The translations under genes were made by a program, and so were the position numbers. Positions 12,243 through 26,845 of a stretch of DNA of 64,000 nucleotides are shown in pieces. The notes below the pieces were generated by a model. The model did no database searches and was not told where the DNA came from. It saw only the letters and a program-made list of their open reading frames with translations. How positions within the stretch are numbered: the stretch's first letter is position 1; each line of letters opens with the position of its first letter. This stretch comes from Octopus vulgaris (taxonomy: Eukaryota): contig OX597819.1 of assembly GCA_951406725.2 (NCBI GenBank), positions 55,862,001 through 55,926,000 on the forward strand, written 5' to 3'.

Positions 12243-13260
12243 AAAATAGAAAATGTTAACAATAATTATGAGTTAATTCTGTTCAAATATTCTGCTTCTT
12301 TTGGGGCACAAATATCTCAGGTTTACCTGTAGCTCAACTCTGCTCATCTACTCTTCTCTCCATCCAGCTTTCTCATGCAGATATCAGCAGAAAAAGATTT
12401 CCAGTTACTCGTTCGAAGTCTACCCCCACCACTCCAGTCTTCTTGGGACTCCTGCCTTGGTAAGTGTAATGATGATGAGCTCCCACTTCAATTTCAGCCT
12501 ATGTGCGTCCTGTTGTTTGACCAACTGGACGACCTGCTCATTGAATTGCTGTGCAAAAGTGGTTGAGTATACCGTATTTACTGCTACTTTAAAGGCAATT
12601 CGTAAGTAGAATCAGCATGACACAAACATGACAAAGCCGGAGTTTTGAATGACAGGTACATTTTGTCCGGCAGGCTTCCATACAGTTGCCATCTAGATAA
12701 ATTCACTCTCGAGGTTTGGCTCGCTCCAGAGTTAATTCAAATGCTCATGATGTCGCGTAGTAGGATCGAACTTGGGACCACATGGTTGCGAAGCAAATCT
12801 CTACACTAACTATTCAGCTATAATTATGTCTACACAGCATATGTAATGACATTTTGCTGAGCCATCTATCAGTTAAGTCACTGGGTGCTGTTAATCATAT
12901 CTATGACCTTGGTGGTGAGATATCAACGACAAAGCAGCCATGACGATTGGCGGTTGAAACTGATGCAATCACTGTTGTTCGTGACAGTCGCAGGGAGTAA
13001 TATAATAGATTGCCACCTGACTTATCGAACTTTGGATTACACTATAACTCTCGAACTGTCAGCATTTGTTCAAGGTGCTACCTCGAGTCTCTGGAGGGAG
13101 TGATTTAATTCTCTATTCACAGATTAATGTCCTATTCACAGATTTAATGCCCTATTCACAGATTAATTGCAGTGTTTTTTTCCTTCATCAGAATGAAAAG
13201 AAAAGAGAGATGACAGTGGTGTCCCATTTTATGAGATTACAATATTACATTCAAAACGAA

Positions 13261-13860
13261 GGCGGCGAGCTGGCAGAGTTGTTAGTACACCGTTTGTCTG
13301 TCCTTGTTTGTCCCCTCACTGTGAAGCCCCTTGTGGGCAGTAAAGATGTAAGAGTTATTAGTACACCGGATAAAATGTTTAGTATTTCTTCTGAGTTTAC
13401 GTTCTGAGTTAAAATTTCACCGAAGTCGACATTTGCCTTTCTTCCTTTCGGGGTAGATGAAACATATACCAGCTGAGCACTGGGGTCGATGTAATCGACT
13501 ATCCCCCCCAGCACTCAAATTTCAGGCCTTGTGTTAGTAGTAAAAAAAATTATTGCATTCAAATTGAAAGCATCGAGCTGGTAGAATCTTTACCGTCCCG
13601 GAAGAAATGCTCAGCGGTATTTCTTTTGCCATTTATCCTTTCGGGGTCGATAAATTAAGTACCAGTTACGCACTGGGATCAATATAATCGACTTAATCCG
13701 TCTGTCTGTACTTGTTTGTCTCCTCTGTGTTTTGCCCCTTAGGTATAGGTATTTCTTTTGCCTTTCATCCTTTCGGGGTCGATAAATGAAGTATTATTTG
13801 AGAGCACTTACTCACCCATTTTAAAAATTACTGGCTTTGTGCTGAAAAAGAAAGAGTTAT
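13261..13860 (+). mobile_element. Cluster of rearranged SINE family A copies
   Basis: Heads at 13261 and ~13575, T1 tail segments at ~13292-13345 and ~13695-13740, repeated ggggtcgataaa cores. Confidence 0.75.
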
Positions 13861-14751
13861 TGCATTCAAAACAACATCATTTTTGCTCTCTTTCTCGCTT
13901 TCAGAGGAGGACCAGGAACCCAAAGCGTTAAAATATTGCTCCCTCATGGCAACTAAATTTATCAAACTCGTCTATGAGCTAATTGTCGCCAATGTTGATT
14001 GTCACCATTTTAATCGGATTTCAGATTTCACTCCAAATAACAATAACTGGGAATCAATAACAGGCTAACACCTTACTTTCAGCTGTAATGCTCCACCGAG
14101 TTTTCTTGCACTAATATATTTTTTTTTATGGATAAAATAAAAAAAAGTAAAAAGAAATTCAAATTCAAAAATAGAAATCTAAGTGGAAAGTTTTGTAATT
14201 TTATAAGAAAATATTTACAAATTTTGCAAACTAGATTTGTAAAAAAAAAAAAGAATAAATAAGATAAGAATAAAAAATGGTAACAAGCAATACCTATAAA
14301 AACAAAGCAAAACCAAGGCGCAGACGTAATAAGAGAGTGAACTGATTTTGCACAATTAAGAAGAAATCTGAAATTTTATCGGTGCCATCCCAAAATTCTT
14401 CACTTCTAGCTGGAAGGCATAAGATTTTAAGATAAAGAAATATGGAAAAGGGAAATGAAGTTTATCGAAATTTTATATACACACCAGATTTAAGTAGACG
14501 CTCACATGTACACATTACCACACACACACACACTTATATACATACATACATACATACATGCCCACATACACGCACACGCATACACGGACAACTACATGCA
14601 CGCGCATACATACACAGATATGGTTATATACTTAGTTTTATACGTATACATATACATACATGTACATATCATATATATGTGTGTATGTACATGTGTATAT
14701 ATAAGTGTGTGTGTGTGTGTGAGTGTGTTGATAATAATAATGATGATGATG

Positions 14752-14801
<50 letters not shown>

Positions 14802-14802
<1 letters not shown>

Positions 14803-15130
14803 GATGAGAGGTATAGTGTTGTTGAGAGGTATAGAAAAGTAGCAAAGTACCAGGACTTAACTATTGAATTATAGAGACTATGGAAAGTGCGGGTAAAATG
14901 TATCCCAGTAGTTATAGGTGTATTGGAAACTATCCCTAAACATCTGAACAGATGGATAGAGGAAATAGGCATTAGGCCCAGTTTAGTACAGCTGCAGAAA
15001 ACAGTGTTACTAGGAACAGTTAGGATACTTAGGAGGGTTCTTGGCATCTAAGGTTACTTGTTGTATCCCGATGTTAGGATTTTTTTCTTTTCCAACAGTC
15101 TAATCTGTTGTGTGTAAGCTTAAATCTTAA
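14802..15130 (+). mobile_element. 5'-truncated 3' end of a second R4/Dong-type LINE family, directly after (TAA)n
   Basis: Translates KVAKYQDLTIEL*RLWKVRVKCIPVVIGVLETIPK...LQKTVLLGTVRILRRVLGI*, the restriction-like endonuclease C-terminus. Confidence 0.85.
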
Positions 15131-15290
15131 AATCGATCACCGTGCATTGACTAAGCCACATCAGACGCCATGATGGATCTAAGGTATAAGTATGAGAAGT
15201 GGTTAGACTCTGCATAAGGAGTATACAACTACCATATATATGTATGTACGTATGTATGTATGTATGTATGTATGTATGTATGTATGTATG

Positions 15291-15322
<32 letters not shown>

Positions 15323-15329
15323 GACTTAC

Positions 15330-16600
15330 TATGGCGTAAACGAAGCCAAATCGCTGACTAGACTACAGAAAATAAACCCAGCTATGTCAGATATATGATT
15401 AGTGTCCAAAAAGACACCGAGGGATTTAAACGAAATTGGAAGGTTAACTTGGTTCAGAAACACCAAAAATGATTTGGTTCAGATGGCACCAAAGTGGAGG
15501 CTGGTATACATAGTCGACTGCTGGTCTTCCATAAACAACTTTACCCGGACACTTGCCTCGCAGAGCAACTTTCTAAGAGCAATCCCATGGTCATTTATGG
15601 CCAAAGGGGGTCGTTCTCCTTTACTGGATTATCCTCATCACTCAATGGATTATCCGCATCACTCAACTGCGATGAGCACTCTAGATACTTTCTGAAAAAT
15701 CGTATAGCAGAGTTTGATAACAGGATTTGAAGTTACGATAATAATTTACTTAGCTATCCCTATGCACAGATTCAAATACTCACAAAACCTTTCATAAACC
15801 TGATGAGAAATTTGGATTCATTACCAAAGTAGTCCTACCACTCCGATTGATCTGAAAACCTTATGTTTAATATCAATATGAAAATCTTTATCTCCTCTCT
15901 TTCTAAAGTGATTTGATTGAACGGCCCCTTACTCAGTTAGGTCCTAACAGATTGAAGGCAAAACATCTCATGCTCCCAGCACAGCACACAATCACAGTCC
16001 AGGTATAAACTCAAACATATAATATGGCTTGTCCTCACTTTCTGAAAGCTAAGACCGACGTAAGTAAAATGTTTCTGGCTCTGGTAGACAATCATTTCCC
16101 TAACGATTATAGATACAGGAAATTTTTAGATAGGTGTTCTGTGAATATAAGCTACAGTTTCGGATTTAACATGAAAGCAATCATCCTAAGTAACTCTTCC
16201 GAGTAGATCATCTCTCATTACTTATGCAGAAATGCCAGAGCTTACATGTAAAATCGGTAGCGTACGTAGCTGATGTCCCCTCAAGTACCCCAAACCAGAT
16301 CAATAAAGTAAGTTGCATGGCCATGTACAAGAGAACGTTAAAAAAGGTTTTACACCTAGGTGTTAGCTTTCAGACACACTAACAAAATGAATTCCTTGAC
16401 GCTAGAAAAACACATCTGGAAACCAAGAAACTGGAACTTCGACTACAACATTAAGTGGACGGTTCTCGAAAGATCAATGTTATCGAATCAAAGAAATGTG
16501 ATTTTGCACAGCTTAAATGAAAGAGCTTTGGAGACTAGGTAAATTTCACAAAGGGAAAATTCACCGAGCGGCATTTACTTGGATTGATTCATCTTACCAA
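15330..16600 (+). pseudogene. Decayed Penelope-like retroelement fragment (RT to GIY-YIG region)
   Basis: KTDVSKMFLALVDNHFP...KFLDRCSVNISYS...NMKAII and AFRH...LEKHIWK...DYNIKWTVLER resemble conserved Penelope linker and endonuclease blocks. Confidence 0.75.
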
Positions 16601-17006
16601 TTGGTAATGCTATCAACGCCGAATTAGCAACATCGTACCTCACGTATCCTCCACTTTCTACTTTCTTTTTTCAACCTTCCCGGCATTTACTGTCTACAAC
16701 ACGCAGAATACCATACTAGGGCAACAAAACCCACATTTTGACAAGTGTTTGTCGCTTCTCTCTTTCGCATATCACTCTGTCTCCCACCGTCTCTCTTATT
16801 CCTTCCTTCCTTCCCTACACTTACTCTCTATAACGACGTTTGACAGCTTCATCTCTCTGTTACTCTTTCTCCCACCACCTCTCTCATTGTATGTCTGTCT
16901 GTATCTATAGAGAGAAAGCGTTGACAGCCACAAATGTTTAAATATTCCCGCTAATCTTAATATATTTTCGTCATCAACCCCTAGACATTAGTGACGGTAA
17001 TCAATA

Positions 17007-17602
17007 TCTATAAAGCTGAAATGCAAAAAAGTTGTTTGATTTCTTGGTTATTTGTTTCATTTTGGGATGGGAACGGTTTAAGGGTCGGTTTCTCATTTTT
17101 ACGTATTTTTGCCTTTTATTTTTTATTGTTTACAGTTTTCATTTTTTATGAAAGAAATTTACAGCTGCATGTAGCCCGTGTTTAGAGCTTTCATTTGCAT
17201 GGTCAATCGTCGAAAAAATCTCAAAATAAGTACTAAATTTAACAAAGAAATCCTTTTTCTCCTTATTTTTAATCGCTCAAATAGTGGCACGTACAAAAAG
17301 CAAGTGTGCTTTCCGTTGTCACTGCCTGATATTTGTGATTGATCTTTCAAAATATTTTCTTTCTCAACTTACTCGAGATCCTTTGTGTTTTTATAAATGG
17401 GAGATAGGTAGATAGAGAAGGATAGAGAGTAAGAGAAAGCGAGGGAGAGTCCGAGAGAAAGGAAGAGTAAGAGAGTGGGAAAGTGAGAGAGAAAGGAGAA
17501 AGAAACAAAGAGGGAGAATGTGGCGATAAGAAACAGAAAGGAAGCAACAGAAGGTAACAACAACACCCTCACCCGCGCGTAGAGCGGGTCACCTTAAGCT
17601 AG
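17007..17602 (+). mobile_element. Non-autonomous Helitron, copy 1
   Basis: 3' hairpin acccgcgcgtagagcgggt followed by CTAG|T (17599-17602); candidate 5' end a|tctataaagctgaaatg (less certain). Confidence 0.7.
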
Positions 17603-17885
17603 TATTCTATATTACGTAAATCTGAGTGACCACCTCGACCTGAAATTTCCAATTAGAGATAGCGAATTTTTCTTGCCGTACCCGATATATCATCGCCAGT
17701 CATATCCTATGATACGCACCAAAATAGCTGTGGCCGAACACGGTAATTAGGTCTCAGTTTTATCGAAAAGTCAAATATCTTCCTTCGAACATGAAACTCG
17801 AGTTGCTGTTAGAAACCAATGAAATGGATAGAGTCGTTGATAGACAGATATAAAACACACCCATACACTCACTCACACACACGCG

Positions 17886-17960
<75 letters not shown>

Positions 17961-18270
17961 GCTCTCTCTCTCTCCCTCTTTCGCAACATTGTGACTGAGA
18001 AGACTGTGTTTACTGGAGACAGTACGGCGTGATTTGTTTGGTCATATTGTAGAGTGATCGCATTGAATTCTCATAGGCTCGGTGAAGTCCTTTTTAACCT
18101 AATGGCACATATTTACTGATTGGTGAACTGTGTCATCTGAAAGTTAAACGTCCCGGGCAGAGACACAGCTACACAGCCTCGTACTGTTAATGATGATAGA
18201 ACCATCAACTGCGAATTCGGTTGTGGGCTAATCTTTTCATTCAGCCATCCGCTCTTTCGCTGTTTAAACA

Positions 18271-18383
<113 letters not shown>

Positions 18384-18689
18384 ACGCACACACACACAGA
18401 GGCAAAGACATACATATACATACACGCATGTTTACGTTATTACGTACTGCGATGTCACGTCAACGAAGAATGTGTCTTTAGACCTGCTTCTGCAGTTTTT
18501 CTTATAGCATTTCCTTTGATGTCATCTGCTAACTGCACGCTATACATATACGCGCGTGTGTGTGTGTATATATATGTATGTGTGTATGTATGTATGTATG
18601 TATGTATGTATGTATGTATGTATGTATAATATAGATGTATATATATGCATGTATGTATGTATGTGTGTATGTATGTATGTGTGTGTATG

Positions 18690-18737
<48 letters not shown>

Positions 18738-19186
18738 GGTATATATGTGTATATATATACATATATATCTCTATATATAAAACTGAAATGCGTTTTTACC
18801 GCTTGGTTCGCTTTCAATGCCATTACATCCCGTCCGATTCGATCCAAAATTTACAGGGACATGTAGAATGAGGTGACGATGCGCGTGGGCTACCTTACAA
18901 ATCCCTATCTTAAAAGGTGTGGTTGCTAGGGGCCATCTTCCTACCTCACCCTATTTCCTCCAGTACTCTGTCACTCCTCTTCATTTGACAATGCAACTAC
19001 CGTTATTTAATGTAAAGTCTTCCTCAAATCACTCTGTCGCTCTTTACTCTCTTCCAAGAACATTTTCACTCACTCTTATCGCTTACCTTCCTATACATTT
19101 TACTCATGTATCTATCAGCGTTCATGGACAGTAACAAATATTACATAGCCATCCCCATCGCCATCGCATTCTATTGTCTACCTGTC

Positions 19187-19228
<42 letters not shown>

Positions 19229-19333
19229 CATATATCTAATATTATATTTCTATTTTTATGTTTTTGTTTTTGGTTTTTTACTGTTTCATTTCCCTATTAG
19301 TGGTTTTATCTCTAATTTTAATTTCTACAGCGT

Positions 19334-19404
<71 letters not shown>

Positions 19405-19650
19405 TATGTGGCCCCAGTACACCCGAATGAAATCGGGTTCTCTTCATCAAAATGTGAAAAGGGGTCTACAATTATCATCGCCACAACTTATGTATGTCTT
19501 CCTCACTCACTCAATCTTTTTCCTAATGATAATTATCATCGCCACCACCAACACCATCAACACACAATCTGGACAATCTTTCTCTTATAACAAATCATGT
19601 TTACATTGCAACGACGTCTGCCACCTCCGCCGTCTCTATTTATTCTGCAA

Positions 19651-19848
19651 ATGACCAGAACTCGGGAAACTTGGTTTAGTGTTCTATGGTCTATGACCAG
19701 AACTCGGGAAACTTGGTTGAGTGTTCTATGGTCTATGACCAGAACTCGGGAAACTTGCTTGACTGTTCTATGGTCTATGACCAGAAATCGGGAAACTTGG
19801 TTGAGTGTTCTATGGTCTATGACCAGAACTTGGGAAACTTGGTTGAGT
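19651..19848. repeat. 42-bp tandem repeat, about 4.7 copies
   Basis: atgaccagaactcgggaaacttggttgagtgttctatggtct at 19651, 19693, 19735, 19777 and 19819 (partial). Confidence 0.95.
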
Positions 19849-20536
19849 CCTCATCTTATAAAATGTGGCCCCAGTAGACCCAAATGAAATCGGGTTATGT
19901 TAACCAAAAGGTGAAAAGGGGTATAAATGGGGCTGGAAGGGGATTAAAATTTAAAGGAGCGGGTGTTTAGCAATTCTCTGTTACATCAAGCTAAAAATTT
20001 GCTCCAGCCTTTTAATCGTCAATGTGTTGCCGTCCATGATGAAGAAGTTTTGAATGCTTGCCATCGTGAGTCTACTGTCGTGAGAAAGAATCAAGTCAAA
20101 ACTTGGTTTTTAGGGATTTTCTTTTACATCAAGTTCAAAATTTTACGCCAGCCGTTGAACGGTCAATACGTTGCTGTCCGTCGTTAAGAAATGCCAGCCA
20201 TGGTGACTCTACTATCCTCAAATTCTATCCCTTCAAACTTTGGTTTCCAATATTTTATTATTTTTATTCAGCTCGCAAGTTCGTCTGTCCCTTTTAAATG
20301 TTAGTGTTTTGCTGTCTGTCTTGAAGCAGACCTTTCCTTTGTAACTGCCTGATATTTATGATTGATCTTTCTAAATATTTTATTTCTCAACTTACTCAAG
20401 ATATTTTGTTGTTTATAAATGGGAGAGAGATAGATAAAGATAGAGAGTAAGAGAAAGCGAGGGAGAGTCCGAGAGAAAGGAAGAGTAAGAGAGTGGGAAA
20501 GTGAGAGAGAAAGGAGAAAGAAACAAAGAGGGAGAA

Positions 20537-20848
20537 TCATCATCATCATCATCATCGTTTAACGTCCGTTTTCCGTGCTAGCACGGGTTGGACAGTTTGA
20601 CAGGGGTCTGGGAAGCCAGGAGGCTGCACCAGGCTCCAGTCTGATCTGGCAGTGTTTCGACAGGTGGATGCCCTTCCTAACGCCAACCACTCTGTGAGCG
20701 TAGTGGGTGCTTTTTTCGTGCCGCCTGCACAGGTGCCAGGGGGCTGGCAGCGGCCACGATCGGTTGGTGCTTTTTACGTGTCACTGGCACAGAAGCCAGT
20801 CAAGGCGGTGCTGCAATCCGCCACGTTCGGATGGTGCTTTTTACGTGC
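20537..20848 (-). mobile_element. 3' part of a retroposon with (GAT)n tail (RTE-type tail, inference), inserted in Helitron copy 2
   Basis: Reverse complement of ccaacccgtgctagcacggaaaacggacgttaaac(gat)n; same family on + at 46172-46360; absent from Helitron copy 1. Confidence 0.75.
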
Positions 20849-20915
20849 TGAAAGGAAGCAACAGAAAGTAACAACCACACTCTTACCCGCGCGTAGAGCG
20901 GGTCACCTTCAGCTA

Positions 20916-20995
<80 letters not shown>

Positions 20996-21558
20996 ATATG
21001 TGTGCATGTGTATGTATGTATGTGTGTGTGTACGTATGCATGTATGTGTATGTGTATGTGTGTGTGTATTTTTTCCCTTCTGGAATTCGATAAAAACATA
21101 GCAAGTGAGAAGTCTCAATCAATTTAATCAAATGACAAGCGTACGCATCATGCAGTACATAAGTCTAAGCATTTGTAACGTAACCAAATAAGTGCCGTTA
21201 GAAGTTGAGGTGCTTAAAAATGTAAAAAGAAAAAACGAGAAGAACAAAAAAATAAAAACCTCGCAAAAACAAAAAGCAAAATTTAAAAGAAACCAAAATA
21301 TATTAAAATCTACGTCCTCCTCACCACACCCCATCACCAAATACGAAAGTTTTTTTTCGCTAAAATTCTTATAACTCAATCCATTAGCGGAGCAGTTAAA
21401 ATATAGAAAAACATTTCTGATTGAGGCTATTATAGACTCGAGCGAACAAGGTAGCGTCGTGGCAAAGTCCCGGCGTCAACGGTTTGTGTTACGGGTTTGG
21501 GTTTTGGTCGAGCGCTTTCAATTTACAAGGCTCCCGGCATGGGAACGTTTGTTAAAAG

Positions 21559-21988
21559 GGCGGCGAGCTGGCAGAATCGTTAGCCCGCTGGGTGAAATGC
21601 TTAGCGGTATTTCGTCTGCCGTTACGTTCTGAGTTCAAATTCCGCCGAGGTCGACTTTGCCTTTCATCCTTTCGGGGTCGATAAATTAAGTACCAGTTAC
21701 GCACCAGTTACGCACTGGGGTCGATATAATCGACTTAATCCGTTTGTCTATCCTTGTTTGTCCTCTCTGCGTTTAGCTCCTTGTGGGTAGAAAAGAAATA
21801 GGTATTTCGTCTGCCGTTACGTTCTGAGTTCAAATTCCGCTGAGGTTGACTTTGCCTTTCATCTCCTTTCGGAGTCGATTAAATAAGTACCAGTTACGCA
21901 CTGGGATCGATATAATCGACTTAGACCCTTTGTCTATCCTTGTTCGCCCCCTGTATGTTTAGCTCTCTGTGGGCATTAAGGAAATAAA
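21559..21988 (+). mobile_element. SINE family A dimer
   Basis: Head at 21559, junction gaaatag|gtatttcg at ~21800, second T1 tail; aatttacaaggct repeated at ~21520 and ~21987 (probable target-site duplication). Confidence 0.9.
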
Positions 21989-22344
21989 TTTACAAGGCTA
22001 TAGTATTTATAATTCCCTGTTAGTAAGCAATAACCTCGGTTCACCGAGCTGCTTTACGTCGACGTAGTTGTTCATAACGCATCTGTCTTACTGATTCGCT
22101 GTTCTAGTACGCATTGTGCTGTTGGACCTTTAATCTATCTCCCACTTGGGAAAGAGAGATAGATGAATCATGATGAGTTGGTAAATAACAACGAAACGGA
22201 TCGCTTGTTTTGTTTCTCAATCGTAAGTTGCAGAGAAGCTCGAGTAACTCTCTTAGGCCTAAGTTCCACACAGCGTTACTAATATATTAAAATGACTCCG
22301 CAATTTATATATTTATTTATTTATTTGTTTGTTTGTTTGTTTAT

Positions 22345-22578
22345 CTCTTTTACTCTTTTGCTTGTTTCACTCATTTGACTGCGGTCATGCTGGAGCACCG
22401 CCTCTAGTCGAGCAAATCGACCCCAGGACTTATTCTTTGTAAGCCCAGTACTTATTCTATCGGTGTCTTTTGCCGAACCGCTAAGTTACGGAGACGTAAA
22501 CGCACCACCATCGGTTGTCAAGCGATGCTGGGGTAACAAAGACACATAAACATGTACACGAATTTATATATATATATA
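22345..22578 (-). mobile_element. SINE family B, 3' half
   Basis: Match to family B tail half, ending at the internal microsatellite. Confidence 0.85.
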
Positions 22579-22579
22579 T

Positions 22580-22782
22580 GACCTCGTGAGCACCACCAGC
22601 AATTTTTTTTCCTCTGTCTTCTCTTCTCGGGATCTTTCCTTCTCCTTTGTTTCCGACGAAGAGCTCCGTTCGAAACGTTAAACCCTCCTTCTTCCCTTCT
22701 TTCCTGAGCGTCCAATAATACTTTATTTGTTCCACGTCCTCGCGTTGCTGTGTTTTTTTTTTGTGTTTTCTTGTTTGGATTA

Positions 22783-22787
<5 letters not shown>
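22580..22787 (+). mobile_element. Short Penelope-like terminal-repeat element with hammerhead-like motif, flanked by (TA)n
   Basis: Highly similar to 51080-51292; motif gttt-CCGACGA-agagctccgttc-GAA-ACGT-T-aaac at 22649-22683. Confidence 0.7.
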
Positions 22788-22858
<71 letters not shown>

Positions 22859-23113
22859 CTAAATGTCTAAATCTCTCGTAGAGACATGTACGGTGGTGGG
22901 GCGATTGACAGTATACAACCATTCTATATATATATATATATATAAATTGAGATAGAGGTTGTGAGTGCAACCCACCATGGGATAACATATATCCAATATA
23001 CTGCCAGTAAAGCACCCAACAAAGTTAATACATAAATGTTAAGAATTGCGATGCAATTAATTAATTTATTGCATTATATGGGCAAAGGTAAAATGTTTTA
23101 CCACAGATTAATA

Positions 23114-23377
23114 ATACAAAATAAGAAAATGGAGAAGCACACCTTAATCAACAATCAACTACCAGATAATACCTAATCACATAATTTATTAAACCACTAC
23201 ATATGAACATTAAGGTCAAACATAATAGTAAAGAACAAAACAAAGTACATCATTGTTCTTTACTATTATGTTTGACCTTAATGTTCGTATGTAGTGGTTT
23301 AATAAATTATGTGATTAGGTATTATCTGGTAGTTGATTATTGATTAAGGTGTGTTTCTCCATTTTCTTATTTTGTAT
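23114..23377. repeat. Long inverted repeat, 125-bp arms with 14-bp spacer
   Basis: 23114-23238 is a near-perfect reverse complement of 23253-23377. Confidence 0.93.
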
Positions 23378-23404
23378 ATATATATTTTTATATATATATA
23401 CACA

Positions 23405-23459
<55 letters not shown>

Positions 23460-23462
<3 letters not shown>

Positions 23463-23620
23463 TACGACGGGCTTCTTTCAGTTTCCGTCTATCAAATCCA
23501 CTCACAAGGCTTTGGTCGGCCCGAGGCTATTGTAGAAGACACTTGCCCAAGGTGCCACGCAGTGGGACTGAACCCGGAACCATGTGGTTGGCAAGCAAGC
23601 TACTTAACACACAGCCATTT
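23460..23620 (-). mobile_element. SINE family B, 5' half
   Basis: cgacgggcttctttcagtttccgtct...cacacagcca. Confidence 0.85.
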
Positions 23621-23866
23621 AGTCAACTTTAACCTTTTTCTTGTTTCAGTCATTGAATTGTGGCCATGCTGGAATTCCGCCTTGCAGGGTCTTAGTCGAA
23701 CAAATTGATCTCAGTACTTAATTCTTAAGTCTGGTAGTCATTCTATCGGTTACTTTTGCCGAACCGCTAACTTACGGAGACGTAAACAAGTAAGTAACGG
23801 TTGTCAAGCAGTGGGGGAAGGGGTTAAACACAAACACAAACACAAAGACACACACACACACACACA

Positions 23867-23963
<97 letters not shown>

Positions 23964-23990
23964 GTATGCGATTGGTATCCATTGAATTTC

Positions 23991-24604
23991 GTATTTCTTT
24001 CTTGCCCAAAGGGGCTAAACACAGAGAGGACAAATAAGGACAGGAAAACGGATTAAGTCGATTACATCGACTCCAGTGCGTAACTGATACTTATTTAATC
24101 GACTCCGAAAGGATGAAAGGCAAAGTCAACCTCGGCGGAATTTGAACTCAGAACGTAGCGGCAGACGAAATACCGTTAAGCATTTCGCCGGGCGTGCTAA
24201 TGTTTCCTATTTTTTTATTGCCCACAAGGTGCTAAACATTGAGGGGACACATAAGGACAGACAAATGAATTAGGTCGTAACTGGTACTTAATTTATCGAC
24301 CCCGAATGGATGAAAGGTAAAGTAGACCTCGGCAGAATTTGAACTCAGAACGTAACGGCAGACGAAATACCTATTTCTTTACCTCCCACAAGGGGCTAAA
24401 CACAGAGAGGGCAAACAAGGACAGACAGACGGATTAAGCCGATTATATCGGCCCAAGTACGTAACTGGTACTTAATTTATCGACCCCGAAAGGATGAAAG
24501 GCAAAGTCGACCTCGGCGGAATTTAAACCCAGAACGTAACGGCAGACTAAATACCGCTAAGCATTTCGCCGGTCGTGCTAACGTTTCTGCCAGCTTGCCA
24601 CCTT
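23991..24604 (-). mobile_element. SINE family A trimer nested in a diverged family B copy (~23635-24745)
   Basis: Three T1-tailed units, junctions at ~24205 and ~24370; attgaatttc/attgagtttc flanks. Confidence 0.88.
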
Positions 24605-25084
24605 ATTGAGTTTCCGTCATCCAAATCCACTCACAAAGCTTTGGTCAGCCCATAGCTATTGTAGAAGACACCTGCCCAAGGTGCTGCGCAATTGGCCTGA
24701 ACTCGAAGCCATGTGGTTGCAAAGCGAATTTCTTAGCTACAGAACCAAATAAATTCATCATTCACTATCTGTGTGTGAGTGATGGTAGTTTCTTGTAGTC
24801 CAAGAAAGATGTTTCTGAAATTTCTTGTCGAACGATCTGCACAAATGATTTGTCTATAGCGATCAAATGTATGTGCTGTACGTTTGTTCACTCTCTGTGT
24901 CAATTCGTCGTAATCTGAACAAGTGCACAGTGTACCACGCGTCAGGCGTCAAAGTAATCGCAGAGCAACGTGAGATCATTATCTTCTATCTTTTACTTGT
25001 TTACTTGTTTCAGCCATTAGACTGCGGTCATGCTGGGGCACCACCTAGAACTTTTAGCCGAATTAATCGACCCCACGATTTATT

Positions 25085-25634
25085 TTTGTTTTTAAGGAGC
25101 AGCTGTGTGGTAAGTAGCTTGCTTACCAGCAACATGGTTCCAGGTTCAGTCCCACTGCGTGGCACCTTGGGCAGGTGTCTTCTGCTATAACCTCGGACCG
25201 ACCGAAACCTTGTGAGTGGATTTGGTAGACGGAAACTGAAATAAACCCGTCGTATATATGTATATATGTATATGTATATATATGTATGTGTGTGTTTGTG
25301 TGTCTGTGTTTATCCCCACCAACCTCACTTGACAACCGATGCTGGTGTGTTTACGTCCCCGTAACTTAGCGGTTCGGCAAAAGACACCGATAGAATAAGT
25401 ACTAGGCTTACAAATAATAAGTCCTGGGGTCGATTTGCTCGACTAAAGGCGGTGCTCCAGCATGGCCGCAGTCAAGTGACTGGAATGAGTAAAAGAATAA
25501 AAGAGTAAGCTAGGTACTTATTCCATCTATCCTTTTGCCGAGCCGCTAAGTTACGGGGACGTAAACCCACCAACACCGGTTGTCGAGCTGTGAGGGGGGA
25601 TAAACACAAACACAAAGACACACACACACACACA

Positions 25635-25671
<37 letters not shown>

Positions 25672-25820
25672 TCACACACACACACGCACACATACGACGT
25701 GTTTCATTCAGTTTCCGTCTACCAAATCCATTTACAAGGCTTTAGACGGCCCAAGGCTATAGTAGAAGATAGTTCAGTGGGACCGAAAGCAAGCTCACCA
25801 CACAGCTATACCTACGCCTA
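25085..25820. mobile_element. SINE family B (+, to ~25505) nested in or adjacent to an older inverted family B copy (-)
   Basis: Full + copy; - strand segments at ~24990-25085 and 25510-25820. Confidence 0.8.
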
Positions 25821-26299
25821 TGAAGTGGTTTGCTCAAGAATACTATCATCTCGCGATCGCGAATTCAACGCCCCAACCGTTAGGTCATGCGCCCTCAAGC
25901 TCTCTATTTGTACTCTCGTTATTATTCTCTAATACACTGCATGAACTTTACGTAAAACTTTAAAAGAAGTTTTTGTTGGTTACTAATAAGTTCCATGTTG
26001 CTTTAATTTCTTTGTCGACTTAATATTTTGTCGGAATATCAACAGAAATATTTTAGAATTGTTTTTTCCTAGTTAGCTTATTTGATGTTAGCTATGTTAT
26101 TAAAATGTACTAAAACATTAACATTAATTTAACTATTGATTTTTGTTATGGAAGATATCACTCATGAATAATTGATTCTCTGGGCGTATCTGTTTTTCTA
26201 CGCTGACAAATGTTATAAATTCTCACGATATATACATATATATGTATCTTTAAGTGTGTGTATACATTACACATATACATACTACGTATGTATGCATGA

Positions 26300-26416
<117 letters not shown>

Positions 26417-26669
26417 TTTAACAATGTTATTTTATTCCACACGGGTAGAAATATAGGAAAAATAGAAGTTGAAAATGCACTGAGAACAGTTAAAATATTT
26501 TTTATTAATATATTTAAAGCTTTAACTGGTTTCACAGTTTACACTAATTTTCAAAAAGTTCAAATAGAAAATGTGGCTTATGTCGCAGCTGTCTTGCTTC
26601 TGACTAATGTTTGAAGTTTGCTCTGTTTTTATAGGGACTTCATGGCTCAAATTAGTATATATTTTGAAT

Positions 26670-26746
26670 AGAACGTAAACACACCAGCATCGGTGGTCAA
26701 TCGATGCTGGGGGGACAAACACAGACACACAAACATATACACACAT

Positions 26747-26845
<99 letters not shown>

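Larger units (their letters stand above)
18768..20916 (+). mobile_element. Non-autonomous Helitron, copy 2 (long form)
   Basis: 5' a|tctctatatataaaactgaaatg; same 3' hairpin and CTAG|T (20913-20916); 20330-20916 homologous to 17310-17602 apart from a SINE insertion. Confidence 0.65.

Noticed and set aside
15797-15830. CTGATGA as a hammerhead core
   Set aside because: No stem II or GAAA follows at a suitable distance
19651-19848. 42-bp repeat as CRISPR array or repeat-protein gene (ORF 19597-19887)
   Set aside because: No spacers; open frames follow from unit length being a multiple of three; lies inside a probable Helitron
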